Shown: positions 26,365 through 39,208, numbered from the stretch's first letter. The stretch: 64,000 bases of DNA from Octopus vulgaris (GCA_951406725.2 OX597826.1:79732001-79796000), one strand, 5' to 3'. The notes: generated by a model from the letters alone, not told the origin. Made by a program: numbers and translations.

Positions 26365-26500
26365 GTATTATTTACATTTGATGGATATTCGTCCTCATCT
26401 TGTTTGTTGCTAACACAACGTTTCGACTGATATACCCTCCAGCCTTCATCAGGTGTCTTGGGGAAATTTTGAACCTGGGTTCTCATTCCTTAGGTATTTA
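26365..26500 (-). mobile_element. family E inverted partial copy
   Basis: Reverse-complement family E body without the 32-nt tail. Confidence 0.9.
26412..26457 (-). ncRNA. minimal type I hammerhead motif, intact core
   Basis: GACAC CUGAUGA A GGCUG GAGGGUAUAU CAGUC GAAACGUU GUGUU. Confidence 0.85.
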
Positions 26501-26532
26501 TAAGCCCTAAAATTCACTCCATAATTGCCCAA

Positions 26533-26746
26533 GGGCATATGGTATAGTGTTTAAGTACGCTGGCTACTAACCCCAAGATTTCGAGTTCGATTCCAGGCAG
26601 TGACCTGAATAATAATAATAAGACACCTGATGAAGGCTGGAACGTATATCAGCCGAAACGTTGTGTTAACAACAAACAAGATGATGACAAATATACTTCA
26701 AATGTAAATAATGTACATAATTCTTCATCTCGTAAATATAGAGCTG
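26533..26746 (+). mobile_element. family E with internal deletion
   Basis: Head GGGCATATGGTATAGTG...GAGTTCGATTCC, (AAT)n joined directly to AGACACCTGATGA, tail 26715-26746. Confidence 0.9.
26622..26667 (+). ncRNA. minimal type I hammerhead motif, intact core
   Basis: GACAC CUGAUGA A GGCUG GAACGUAUAU CAGCC GAAACGUU GUGUU; predicted cleavage 3' of 26662. Confidence 0.88.
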
Positions 26747-27284
26747 TAAAAATATCTAATGTTACATTAATTTTAGTCCCCATTAAGTGGACAGTTATTC
26801 AGATGAAGCTAAATTGCTGTATAGGATATACCACGTATTGTAGACAATACGCCAGTAGTTATCAGCCAAGATGCACAAGGGTACATCTTAAGCGATATCT
26901 AATAGTTCACCAGTGAATAAAATACCAATTTCTTTAAAATAAAATGTTCATATGGAAAGTTATACAATTAATTGTTATCTGACATTTTGCGAAATATCTT
27001 GAAGAAAGACATCATTTTAGTGAACCGTACTTAGCATATATTATGTAGATTATGGACTTTGAACATTGGTACAAGATTAAATATTTCAGAAGATGTTGCA
27101 GTTAATTAAATCGAACACAGTGTATAATTGATTTGTTATTTTATTGGCATCGAAAGACTGAGAAGTAAAGACGACATTGTAAGATCTGAACTTAAACTAC
27201 AGGGTTGATTCTCTAAATAACACCGAGTCATTGTCCGACATTTTGACGATTCTGGGAATCCACCACCATTAAACAAAGCAGAAT

Positions 27285-27480
27285 ATTGGTTTCGAATTTT
27301 GGTACAAGGCCAGCAAATTTGGGGCAGGGTTCAAGTCAATAAAATCAACCCCAGTGCTCGGCTGGTATTTATTTTATCGACTCCGAAGAGAAAAAAAAAC
27401 CCCAGAAAAGTCGGCATCAGTGGAATTCGAACGCAAAGACGGACCGAAATGCCTGCGGTAACGATTCTGCTAACTCGCCA
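27285..27480 (-). mobile_element. SINE family A, older copy
   Basis: GGTTTCGAATTTTGGTACAAGGCCAGC...TTTATCGAC...CGATTCTGCTAACTCGCC. Confidence 0.75.
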
Positions 27481-27638
27481 GATTATCAATGAAGAATTTC
27501 TAATTACTAATTTGGTGTATGACTTAGTAGATTAATTATAAAATTAGGGACCACAATGGAAGGTTGATATTGAATTCCATCTTCACTCGGTCAAAATCAT
27601 CTCTTTTCTCTCTCTTATTTCACACACACACACACACA

Positions 27639-27678
<40 letters not shown>

Positions 27679-28264
27679 AAGCTTCATTATTAGTAAAGAC
27701 AAAAACCGATAATTAAAGAGATGGTTGTCTTTGATGTTGCATTCTGAGAAATGAAATTACGTGTCACCATTCGATATTCTCTTAATAATAATAATACTGC
27801 TGACATGAAAGCGAAACCATGCGCTGTTGAAATCTGACTATGTCGGTGCATCTTGTAACCTACTTCGAATACGAGAGCAGCCAAGATTATCTCTCACTTG
27901 TGTTGCTTTCATGTTCAGAACGTTGATTTCCTACCGAACAACCGTCGTCACTCACAAAGTATTCGAGTCTAAAACACTACGAAAAATGTATCGAATTCGG
28001 TAAAACACGTGACAGTTTGCTTCCCAGAATATTAGGTTAGACTCAACTGACACCTGAGTAAACTGCTTCCACGGTATCTGAAAAATCGGTGTACACACAC
28101 ACACACACACGCGCGCGCGCAAAAAAACAGAAAATGGAGAAATATTGATGAACATCAACTGACTTACATATGTATGCCCATGGTTAAACATAGGTAATAT
28201 ACCAACAGAGTAATGGATACTTTTATCTCTTAGACGGTTATTTTAACCTCTAACTCAGCTAACC

Positions 28265-28349
<85 letters not shown>

Positions 28350-28350
<1 letters not shown>

Positions 28351-28572
28351 GTGTGTGTGTTTGTGTGTCTGTGTTTGTCCCCTAGCATTGCTTGACAACC
28401 GATGCTGGTGTGTTTATGTCCCAGTTACTTAGCGGTTCGGCAAGAGAGACCGATAGAATAAGTACTGGGCTTACAAAAGAATAAGTCCCGGGGTCGAGTT
28501 GCTCGACTGAAGGCGGTGCTCCAGCATGGCCGCAGTCAAATGACTGAGACAAGTAAAAGAGTAAAAGAGTAA
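28350..28572 (+). mobile_element. SINE family B, 3' half
   Basis: Starts in (TA)n/(TG)n and matches the 3' half of 4610-5010. Confidence 0.9.
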
Positions 28573-30414
28573 TATGTTAGTAATTTATGTATATGTATAC
28601 ATACATACAAACATATATACATACACACATACATACAGTGTGTTGCACGCATGTGTGCGTTCGTATATATAAATATCGGTCACTTCTGATATATGTCTGC
28701 CTCCAATTCTGTTCTTGTTTATTGGCAGATCAAAGTCTTCACCTGACTGTGTAATGCTTTGGTCGTCAACAACACAGTCTGTCCATAAGTATCTGGTTGC
28801 GCTTTTTCTTTCTAAACCTTAATAAAAATCTGTATAAAATGCTTTTTGAATTACGCATTTCTCTGATGTTTTCTTTGTCTTGCAGGTCTTTATGTGTGTA
28901 TGTATGTATGCATGTATGTATGTATGTATGTGTGTATGTATGTATGTATGTATGTATGTATGTGTGTGTGTGTGCTTGTATGAGGTTATGTTTATACCTG
29001 TAAGTGTTCGAAAATGTGTGCAGAGGTGAGTGAGTTTATAGTTGTGCTGATATCTATTTGATGTACATTTAGTGACTACATCAAACGCACTTGGACTCAC
29101 ACTCGCATATGAATAGAGATAGACAGTCAAGCAGACGGACAGGCAGGCTGACAGACAGGCAGACATGCAGGCAGGCAGACAGGCAATCAGACAGACAAGT
29201 AGATAGATAGGTAGATTTATATTGAGTAAATGCATGTTTCTTTATCATATTCTTCATTTCCTACGAGAGTCTTAAGTCAAGCTTCCGTGGGTTTGCAGTT
29301 TTTATCTTCCATCCAAAGATTTCAATTTTTGGGGGCCCAGTGAATTGCTGTCTTCATTACCTTTTCAAGCTAACTCGAAACTCCTCTCTTGAAAACCTGT
29401 CTGAAATGTAGGAATTCAAGAAAGGAGCGGGCTGCATATGTCGCAAGATTTAGAAAACAAAACAAAACAAAAAACAAACAAGTGGACCAGTATAGGTATC
29501 GAACTGTATCCAAGAGATAGAAATAAGTCCTCTCGAAAAGCCTCCACGATGGTACGAAGACCATTTAGTTATGAAATTTGGTCTAAAAAAAAACGTGCGA
29601 AAGATACAATCAGAAGGAATTAGAAGCGCACTGTGACCAGCGGTATGTAATAACATCCGACAAGCTGGTCAATATAGGTGGCATATATGTATAACAGCCA
29701 ATTCAGTTGATATTGTGCCGTGTGTACAATACTCGGAGTTTGTAGCTTGTTCATTTCTGTGTTCGTGTGTCAATGTACGTGCGAGAGTCGTGGGGAGTCA
29801 GAAGAGTGTGGTCCATCTATACCTGTGTTTATGTTAAGGTGTGTAACGACATGAATGCAGTTTTAGGCTACTTAGACCATCATGTCTCATTCATCCTGAA
29901 CACTTCCACTTTTTACCTCACATGTTGAATCTTAATAACCGTGGACATTCACCTGCAGAAACACTGCTCTGCGTGTTATTCATGTGTGCTACATTCACGC
30001 ATGCGCCGACGCTCCCCACATGGCGTACTCGCAGTTTAGTGTCCCAGCATCACCAAAATGCCACATTCTTCTACTACGGAATTCATCAGGCGGTGCTGGA
30101 GGACAAAAGAGAGGCTGTGTTCTGTAAGCCAGAACCGTCTCTAGATTTCAGAAAGATAAAAACACGAAGTTTAAAAGAAAAGAATGCTGCAAGTCTGAAC
30201 TTAGACTCAACACATTTAGATATTTTCTTGCAAATAGATTTCTTGCTTTCAAGTATTTGCCCATGTTTTATCGCCTTCGTATTCCCATCTACATCTTTCA
30301 GGAATTATTATACATTCTGATTACACATATACACAAGCTTCCACACACATTATATGCGTATAAACACGCTATGAGCTACATACGTGTTTCTATGTTAGAG
30401 AGCGCTCATATTGT

Positions 30415-30417
30415 TTA

Positions 30418-30465
<48 letters not shown>

Positions 30466-30514
30466 AGTGTGTGTCTGTTTAAATATATTTACGTACGTAT
30501 GCATTAGTAAATGC

Positions 30515-30574
<60 letters not shown>

Positions 30575-30660
30575 GTATATGTATATGTATATATATGTAT
30601 ATATATATATGTATATATGTATATGTATATATGTATATATATATAAATATGTATATATAA
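30415..30660. repeat. (TA)n/(TATG)n compound microsatellite
   Basis: Direct reading. Confidence 0.92.
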
Positions 30661-31098
30661 AACAAACATATGTATACGCACACTCTCAAATGCACACACG
30701 CATGCATTATATATAACTGTGTAAACATACTTAAAAAACATGCATACATAATTGACGCTGCCTGCCAAGATGCTATAGACTCGTCATCTCCAATGAAATA
30801 TTTCGGTGTTGATGAAAGCACTCTGCTATATGGGTAAGAAAAATGTATCGCGAAAGAGATGCTAACTTTGGCACCCATTATTACTTTCTGTTCAGAGTTC
30901 TTTTGTTTCGATGTAGGTTCTTCTACAAGCCGCCCCAGTCTCACACATTCATTCGCATATTAATGTGCGCGAACAGTCGCGTCTACAGATATGCCTGTGT
31001 GTGTTTGTGTGTGTGTGTGCTTGTTATTATGATGTGCGAGCATGGACACGCGGTGATACATATGTAAATAGATTCACAGGTAGATAAATCAATAAAGA

Positions 31099-31101
<3 letters not shown>

Positions 31102-31146
<45 letters not shown>

Positions 31147-31153
31147 GTATGTA

Positions 31154-31243
<90 letters not shown>

Positions 31244-31328
31244 TAATATATATATATGTATGTATATATATATACACACATATATATATATATTTCTATT
31301 TCTATATATATATATATACATATATATA

Positions 31329-31362
<34 letters not shown>

Positions 31363-31393
31363 CACAGGAATAACCTACGGATGTGTTAATATG

Positions 31394-31435
<42 letters not shown>
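31102..31435. repeat. (TA)n compound microsatellite
   Basis: Direct reading. Confidence 0.92.
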
Positions 31436-31437
<2 letters not shown>

Positions 31438-31768
31438 GTACTTTCAAATGTGTGTCTTTCTGTACCATCTTGTGCCTTTCAGTATCTGTGTTTATTGACG
31501 TGAATTTGTTTTTGTACATGTATTATATGTGCACAGACACAGACACAGACACAGTAACAGACAGACACACACGAACTGGGATATTTTTGTTGTTGAAGTT
31601 GAATATTCTGTTTCATGATTTGCAAGTTTCAGCTTGGAAATTTTTTGATGTAAGTCATAAAGAAAGCATAAAAAATATTAATAATAATGTTTTTTTTGTT
31701 GCCACCAAGCACTGGGGGGAAGAAAAAACCCCAGAAGTATCACAAAAGCATGTATATACATATACCAA

Positions 31769-31865
<97 letters not shown>

Positions 31866-31866
31866 C

Positions 31867-31902
<36 letters not shown>

Positions 31903-31989
31903 AAGAGTTTTTCTGTACCATCTGTATCAAAGAAACACTTTGTCTGTCCATGTTTGTTCCCTCTATGTTTAGCCCCCTATTGGCAATAA

Positions 31990-32042
<53 letters not shown>

Positions 32043-32592
32043 CCAAACGCCTATCACATCTTACAAATTATATGACGATAGAATTGTAAAGAGAAAATCA
32101 TAAAGAGGCAGAACCAGGAACGCACACAAACGCCTCCTATTGAGGATGTTGTTGTACTCACAGTCTTGGTTTCAAATCCCGGGCCGTGCTTGGCATTATT
32201 GTGTTCTTTTGCAAAGCGCTGCATTTCAATTTGTAGCCGTTCAGGTAGCTGTTAATGAGTTTCAGGATTAACTGGAGAATTAACCCACCGATGGACCGTT
32301 GTGTCATTCATCAGTGAGTTTTGTAATCTCAGTCACTTATACACCATGCAAACTGAATAAATCTCCGGCCATTCTGTGTCCATTTGCACGTGACATATAT
32401 ATAAACATGTGTGTGTATGTGCGTATATATATATATATATATATACATATATGTAAATAAATATACATAAATGTACATATATACACACATATATATATGT
32501 ATGTGTGTGTAGCGTCCAATAATACTATATTTGTTCCACGTCCTCGCGTTGTTGCGTTTTCTCTTTGTGTTTTCATGTTTGGGTTAACTTTA

Positions 32593-32593
<1 letters not shown>

Positions 32594-32627
<34 letters not shown>

Positions 32628-32643
32628 ATATATATATATATAT

Positions 32644-32702
<59 letters not shown>
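32594..32702. repeat. (TATC)n(TA)n(GA)n microsatellite
   Basis: Direct reading. Confidence 0.93.
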
Positions 32703-32983
32703 ACAATGTTATTTTATTCAACACGGGTAGAAAGGGAAAATTTACACACAAGACACAGACATGCCCTTTCCTCGTCAGTTATCGTCCAAATATCAAATCA
32801 CTTTCATGACTTCTCGTGGTGCGACAATGAGAGGTTCAACATTTATCTCGCATCTCTGTATTCTCCAAACCAAAATTTTAATTCTAAAATGCGAAGTTTT
32901 TTTTTATTTACCAGGAGAAAACGGTGTATTCTTTCATGATGTAATTAGTTTAATCGAATTATCTCCTTGTTTTTTCTGTGTCC

Positions 32984-33019
32984 CTTTCTGTAGAAGAGCG
33001 TAGGCTCGAAACGTAAAAG
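32984..33019 (+). ncRNA. hammerhead-like motif with variant core (CUGUAGA)
   Basis: CUUU CUGUAGA A GAGC GUAG GCUC GAAACGUA AAAG: stems I and II perfect, ACGU palindromic stem III, A6 replaced by U; lies in a short element (about 32962-33112) that ends in (TA)n. Confidence 0.65.
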
Positions 33020-33462
33020 TCTTTTTCTATTCCTGAGCGTTATACTAATACATCTGTTTGTTTTGTAAACCACCTGTCTTCGTCATTTGTTTTTTACGTA
33101 AACTCTCCCTATATATATATATATATATAATAGTATAAAATACAATTATAATTAAGGGCATAGAAGAGACCACGGCTATGCTGAAAATAGACGCCACATT
33201 GTCAAACCACTTAAAAATTGCGTAATATGTATTTGTGGGTATATGTATGTACGTATCTATGCCTGTCTCTGTCTGTTTGTATATATGTATGACTATATGG
33301 ATACTTCTATGTATGTATACTTAGGCATATGTATTTATGTTTGTGTGTATGTGTTTATGTATCTATGTATCTATGTGTATGTATGTATGTATGAATGTAT
33401 GTATGTATGAATGTATGTGTGTGCATGTATGTATTGTATACACACATAAATATATATAAATA

Positions 33463-33661
33463 ATAATAATAATAATAATAATAACAACATAAAAAAATAG
33501 CTTAGGAATGAGAACCCAGATTCGAAATTTTCCCAAGACACCTGATGAAGGCTGGATGGTATATCAGTCGAAGAGTTATGTTAGCAACAAAACAGATGAG
33601 GACAAATATACGCCAAATGTAAATAATGTACATAATTCCTGATCTCTTAAATAAAGAACTG
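33463..33661 (+). mobile_element. family E, 5'-truncated, degenerate hammerhead
   Basis: (AAT)n...AAGACACCTGATGAAGGCTGGATGGTATATCAGTCGAAGAGTT...AGAACTG. Confidence 0.88.
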
Positions 33662-33850
33662 TATTATGTGATGAAGTTCAACGATTTGCCATGCATTCAT
33701 ATATTATGAGCAGCACTAGGATGTGAGGTTTTGGAACGATAATTGAATTCAGGGCAGTTGAAATATTTCGTTTCCTCCAATCGCTTCCTCTGCCTCAGTC
33801 TGTCGGTTTCTCCGCTATGTGCCACTCTCACACACACACACACACACACA

Positions 33851-33883
<33 letters not shown>

Positions 33884-34404
33884 TCTCTCTCTCTCTCTCC
33901 CGCCCTCTCTCTGTTTCTCGGCGATGCAGATCAATTCCCAAACGTTACCGTCCTTTATTCTCCATGGTGTATGAAGTTATCGAATTTCATTAATAATATA
34001 TATTTCTGAAGTCTATCATGAAATATTGACAGTCAAAGGTTATGTTACATCCCTTAGCGTATGTTTTACTATTTTTTTAAAGGTAAATAACACATATACA
34101 TCCAGCACACACACAATAAGTAGCTGCTCGGTTCAAACGTATTGCGACGCTATATTTAATTTTAACATAATTTTCAGGCTGTCAAAGCGTACATTAAAAA
34201 TACACACACACACACACACACGCTCATACATTCACACACAATTTAACCTGATACGGAGACCTATTACGCTGGATTTTTCCGCTTGTCTGTTCCTCAGACG
34301 AGAATAAACTAGATTCAATCTATTAAACTATTACACTCTACCATGTTACTATGAGCATTATCTCCTGTTCGTTCATATCAACACACACACACACGTGTGT
34401 GGCT

Positions 34405-34448
34405 ATATATAGATACATATATATGTATATATATATGTATATATATAG

Positions 34449-34497
<49 letters not shown>

Positions 34498-34553
34498 CAT
34501 ACACATATATATATACACACACATGTATATACATATGTGTGTGTGTATGTATA

Positions 34554-34617
<64 letters not shown>

Positions 34618-34693
34618 CATGCACATATATATATACACACACATGTATATACATATGTGTGTGTGTGTGTGTATGTATATATATGTGTATATA

Positions 34694-34752
<59 letters not shown>
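34405..34752. repeat. higher-order tandem duplication of a compound microsatellite (about 120-135-bp unit)
   Basis: GTACACACAT...ACACACACATGTATATACATATGTGTG block at 34491 and 34611, partial at 34747. Confidence 0.85.
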
Positions 34753-34754
<2 letters not shown>

Positions 34755-34844
34755 TTATAAATATATACATATGTTTTAAATTAGATAAAATCTTGCCGAA
34801 GTAATGGGAAATGAAATACAAAAGTAAAGTACAGGCAACAGCAC

Positions 34845-36440
34845 TTCTATCTTATATTTCGGTATTTTGGGATTAGGGCTTCTTTATCAGGAGGAATGAC
34901 GGGGTGGGAGTGGAATAAAGCTATTATTGTTGCTTAGATATGTGAGGAATGGTAATAAACAAGCGCAAATAGGTAATGTTATAATAACCACTCAGCTTCG
35001 TGAAACTCTTTTCTATTGTTAAATGCTGGTTAATTAATAAGGAAAGCCTCTTTATTTCGAAGGTTATCTATGTTACGTTCTCTGATCCTGAAGAATACTG
35101 TAAAGTCCCGAGTCGGGTACGGCTGCAGGTGTTTAGGGACTGATACATTTATGCACCCGTGTACTTTGAAACAGTTGTGCAGTTTTGTAATGATGCTCAC
35201 GATGCAGGATGCACCACATCCGCTGCAGACTACCTCGTATACCAATGTAGGTACTCGAGTGCATTTTAAGTTGTTGATGGGACAACTGGAGAATATGCAC
35301 CCAATTATTACCTCCGCCTTAGCGAAGGCAGGGGTATTGTTTCAGTCGTTTGTTTGTTTGTGGACAAGATATCTCAAGAACCGTTGGATGGATTCGGTTG
35401 AGACCTTCAGGGAGGTTTGGCTTCGTGACTGGAATGAACTCATTAGATTTTGCGATCGATCCGGTACCGGACACGGATTCTAGATTACTTTTCCTGTTAT
35501 TTTATTTTTTTTTATTTAATTTTTGAGAGCGTTCGGGTTCATTTTTAGTATTCTCGTTTGTGAGAGCAGTCGAGTTTATTTCAGATATTTTCATTTTAAA
35601 AATCATCTCCGGCTAATCGCTGAGAGGACGTTGGTATTGTTTTGGCGGGATTTGCGCTCTCTGAGTGCTATCGTTTTGTTTGTGGCGAAATTTCTTAAAG
35701 ACAGATCATTTGTATGTTTAGCCTGTCCCTGCAAATCAAATGATAAACTGCAGCTGCGCTCCTAAAGTCGGAGGAGAGTAGTTTTAAGAAGCATGTGCCA
35801 GTCTTGAGAGTATAGGCCTTCTTATGAAGTTTATTAACTTTGGCATTGTGTGTATTCTGTTGCTTGATGAATGGTGGTGGTTAGCGGTTGGTTAGTAGGG
35901 TCTTGTGAAGCCGTTCGGCACTGGCAGCGGTACCTGTCGCTTTACATGTGCCATTTCATTTCGTTTGTAGGCGACAAAGGAAAGGACTGAAAATTAAAGG
36001 GGATCGAATGATACTGGCTGTGCTAGGGGTTACTATAGAAGTGGAATGTTGTGGGTTCCTAGTTCAATCTACGCTGTCTTGACCTGGTGGCATTGTAAAT
36101 ATGAGATAAAGTATAGCAGTATTTTGCGAACTGCAGAAAATAATTTTAACGCGGATAGAGGAGCATCAGAACAAAAAAATACTGAGGCCAAAAGAAGAAA
36201 CGAGTAGTAAAACAGAGTAATTGTTACATGGTTGGCATGTTTACAACAACTCACAATTTGGTGTGAAGGACGCGTAGATATAAAGAGGCTTTTTACAGTC
36301 TCAGCCAAAAGAACGCGGATGCTTCCAGGCAACAACAATGCTGTTCACAGCACAGCTGGAGGGGAAAATATCGTGGGACTGGTGCCAAAATTGCAGTTAT
36401 ATTCAGTTGACAGCTGACTAGCGAATAGGCCCGCAGTGCA
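34845..36440 (-). pseudogene. Penelope-like retroelement relic (RT + GIY-YIG), interrupted by a HINE
   Basis: ETVKSLFISTRP (cf. DV.SLFT..P), FHFYSNP, and ORF 35030-35245 VYEVVCSGCGASCI...KVHG...KHL...KEAFLIN (GIY-YIG pattern); decayed HHR CUGAUAA...GAAAUAU at about 34845-34895. Confidence 0.75.
35305..35677 (+). mobile_element. Helentron-associated element (HINE-like)
   Basis: ATTACCTCCGCCTT...AAGGCAGGGGT short IR, (GTTT)n, TGGCGGGA, 3' hairpin GCGCTCTCTGAGTGC; colinear with 23412-23741. Confidence 0.82.
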
Positions 36441-36467
36441 AGCCGCCTTTAAGATAAAATGATTATA

Positions 36468-36531
<64 letters not shown>

Positions 36532-37023
36532 TATATATATACATACATACATACATACATACACACGCACACACGCATATATATGTATGCGTGTGTGAGT
36601 GCATGTGAGTGTGTGTATGTGCGTGTGCGTCCGTGTGTTTTATATCACAAAAGACCCAGAGATAAACATTGGAACGCATAAATACGCATTGCTTCAGATG
36701 TTGGCAAACGTACAGACGCATACACATAAGATTCCTGAATGCATAGGAATCTCTTGTTTTCATTATATTGTAAACATTAACCGCCATATTAGTTTGTACT
36801 TCCGGTCGACGATTCGATTTTAAGCATTTCAAAGGTACGTACGCAGTGAATCATACGCACGTCTGACATATTATAGCTGTGCGAATGTGTCTTTCTATGA
36901 GTGTATCTGTGTGTGTAACAAATATGCATATATGCACACAAACGCGCGCACTCACACACACACTGAAACATAGACAATACACACACGTGCGCGCAGTATA
37001 AACATATCTACACGGTAGCATTT

Positions 37024-37260
37024 AGGGCGGCGAGCTGGCAGAATCGTTAGCACGCCGAGCGAAATGCTTAGCGGTATTTCGTCTGTCGCTACGTTCCGAG
37101 TTCAAATTCCGTCTAGGTCGACTGTGCCTTTCATCCTTTTCGGGGTCGATTAAATAAGTACCAGTTACGCACTGGGGTCGATGTAATCGACTTAATCCCT
37201 TTGTCTGTCCTTGTTTGCCCTCCCTGTGTTTCGCCCCTTGTGGGTTGTAAAGAAATAGGT
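37024..37260 (+). mobile_element. SINE family A monomer
   Basis: GGCGGCGAGCTGGCAGAATC...AAAGAAATAGG. Confidence 0.93.
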
Positions 37261-37297
37261 AACATTTATGCGCGTGCGTTTTGGTGTGTATGTGCGC

Positions 37298-37342
<45 letters not shown>

Positions 37343-37427
37343 TATGTGTGTAAGCTTTGTTAATAAGAAATGATATATTCTGGATACATCTAGAATTACA
37401 ATATATGTGTAGGTATGTATGTACGTT

Positions 37428-37652
37428 CAGTAATCCCTCGACTATCGCGGGTGTTACGTTCCAGGCTCACCACCCACGATACGTAAACATCCGCGAACTA
37501 GAAACAGTGCTGTATATTTTTTTTATTATTTATTATAATTTGTATATATATATATATATTATTATAAATGCAAAACAGCGCCACAGAGGACTCGACGTAA
37601 GCTTAAAAAATAAACCGCGATAGTTGAACCGCGATATGGCGGGGAATTACTG
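37428..37652. mobile_element. Tigger/pogo-type MITE
   Basis: TIRs CAGTAATCCCTCG / CGGGGAATTACTG, TA on the right flank. Confidence 0.82.
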
Positions 37653-37789
37653 TATATATGTATGTGTGCATGTAAGTGTGTGCGCGCGTGCGATACCCGA
37701 TTTAAAGGGAGAGAAGCTTCGAAGTTTACACTGATGTTCTGGAACCATTTGAAGCCAATGAACGTACGGTACATCAATGTGTTTCAAAC

Positions 37790-38103
37790 TCGTGAGTAAT
37801 CATGGGAAAATTCTTTTATGAACCGCGAACAAAGACACACCAATAAAATGGTGTCTCACCTATAATCGAAGGCCTAAGAAATTTGAAGTTCCCTGATCGA
37901 TAGGGAAAGTCATGCTGGCAAAGGTCACGTTCTTCTTTATTTTCAGAAACGTAGTTGTAGCAAGAACAGCGAGTGTGCCTTAGAGATGACATTCTGATGA
38001 AGAGACCGAACAAGAATCAGAGAACATTCTCAGTTCAACACGACAAAGCGCCATTATATACTCACCTTTCACAACAAATCAGGCAACAGGTAAATTGGGC
38101 TGC
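37790..38103 (+). pseudogene. mariner transposase relic
   Basis: YEPRTK, PKKFEVP*SIGKVML, LRDDILMKRP...VQHDKAPLYT (cf. YEPETK, SAGKVM, HDNAP.H). Confidence 0.8.
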
Positions 38104-38109
38104 CTAGGG

Positions 38110-38528
38110 CAAGGGTTCTCAACCATCTTTTATCTTTAGACCCCTTTGATTGCTGCTATATTCTGGTGGACCCCGCTAGTCATTCGATGTTTAAATACTA
38201 TTAGAGAAACTCTTTCAAAATCCATTTTTTGTTATTCACACTTGTGTAGAGTGAACTATAAAAAATGTTGGAGGAAGAAACCCAGCTGTTTCTTGCAATA
38301 GATACCAAGACATACATCGAAAGCAAAATCTTTTCAGGGTCCCTTCAAATACTATTGTGGATCCCCAATTTACTATTTTGTAGCGTGAAACCCCACCAAA
38401 TAATTATATGGACCCTCAGGGGCCATACGGCCTCGAGGTTCTCCACTGGCCTCGAGGTTCTCCACTGGCCTCGAGGTTCTCCACTGGCCTCGAGGTTCTC
38501 CACTGGCCTCGAGGTTCTCCAACCACTG
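38110..38528. mobile_element. hAT MITE with amplified subterminal sequence
   Basis: CAAGGGTTCTCAACC...AACCACTG ends; GGACCCC motifs. Confidence 0.75.
38429..38520. repeat. 19-bp perfect tandem repeat, 4.8 copies
   Basis: GGCCTCGAGGTTCTCCACT at 38429, 38448, 38467, 38486, partial at 38505. Confidence 0.97.
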
Positions 38529-38577
38529 TATTGCTCAAATGTAGCAACCTTCTACTTTTTACTTATTAGTCCCAATG

Positions 38578-39147
38578 AAGGGGCACCGGGGCTAATGCAG
38601 TTTCTTACCTCTCCTTAAAAAATGCAGTTTTTTTGTAAAAATGTTCGGTTTCTTACGTTTTAGATGTTGGAGATTATGCAAAACGAAAAAATAAAATTAA
38701 TTTCACCCCCACCCCTACACTCAATTAAATTTTTTGATTTTGTTTACTTTAAAGAGATCGCAGTGATTTGACGAACGTATGTAAATTGAAATTAAATAGA
38801 GACGAAAACATTAAAGTGAAAAGAACTTGAGTTTTATTTGATTGCTTTAAATAATCGCAAATAATAAATTAATGTAAATTAAATATATTCCATTATGTGA
38901 GAAACAAACATTAATATTTAATAATTAATGTTATAAAGTTTAATTAGGGGCTCAAATTTTGCCCCCTCCCCCAATTTTAAATCTTGAACTTTTTCACCCA
39001 TTTATTTATTTGTCTGTCTTTCTATTTATCTCTGTCCGTTTATTCATAAAATATATTTGTCAACTAAATGTGGTGGTCCTATAGAAGATGGTGTTACTGT
39101 TGTTTATAGCCCCAGGAAAACATTCATATATATATATACATACATAC

Positions 39148-39208
<61 letters not shown>

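Noticed and set aside
29922-30320. 132-aa ORF as a host gene
   Set aside because: No recognisable domain; at most a weak resemblance (ETLLCVLFMC) to a LINE C-terminal zinc knuckle.
37992-38012. CTGATGA as a hammerhead core
   Set aside because: Part of mariner coding sequence; no stem II or GAAA.
38429-38520. CRISPR-like array
   Set aside because: Units are contiguous with no spacers, there are no cas genes, and the context is eukaryotic.
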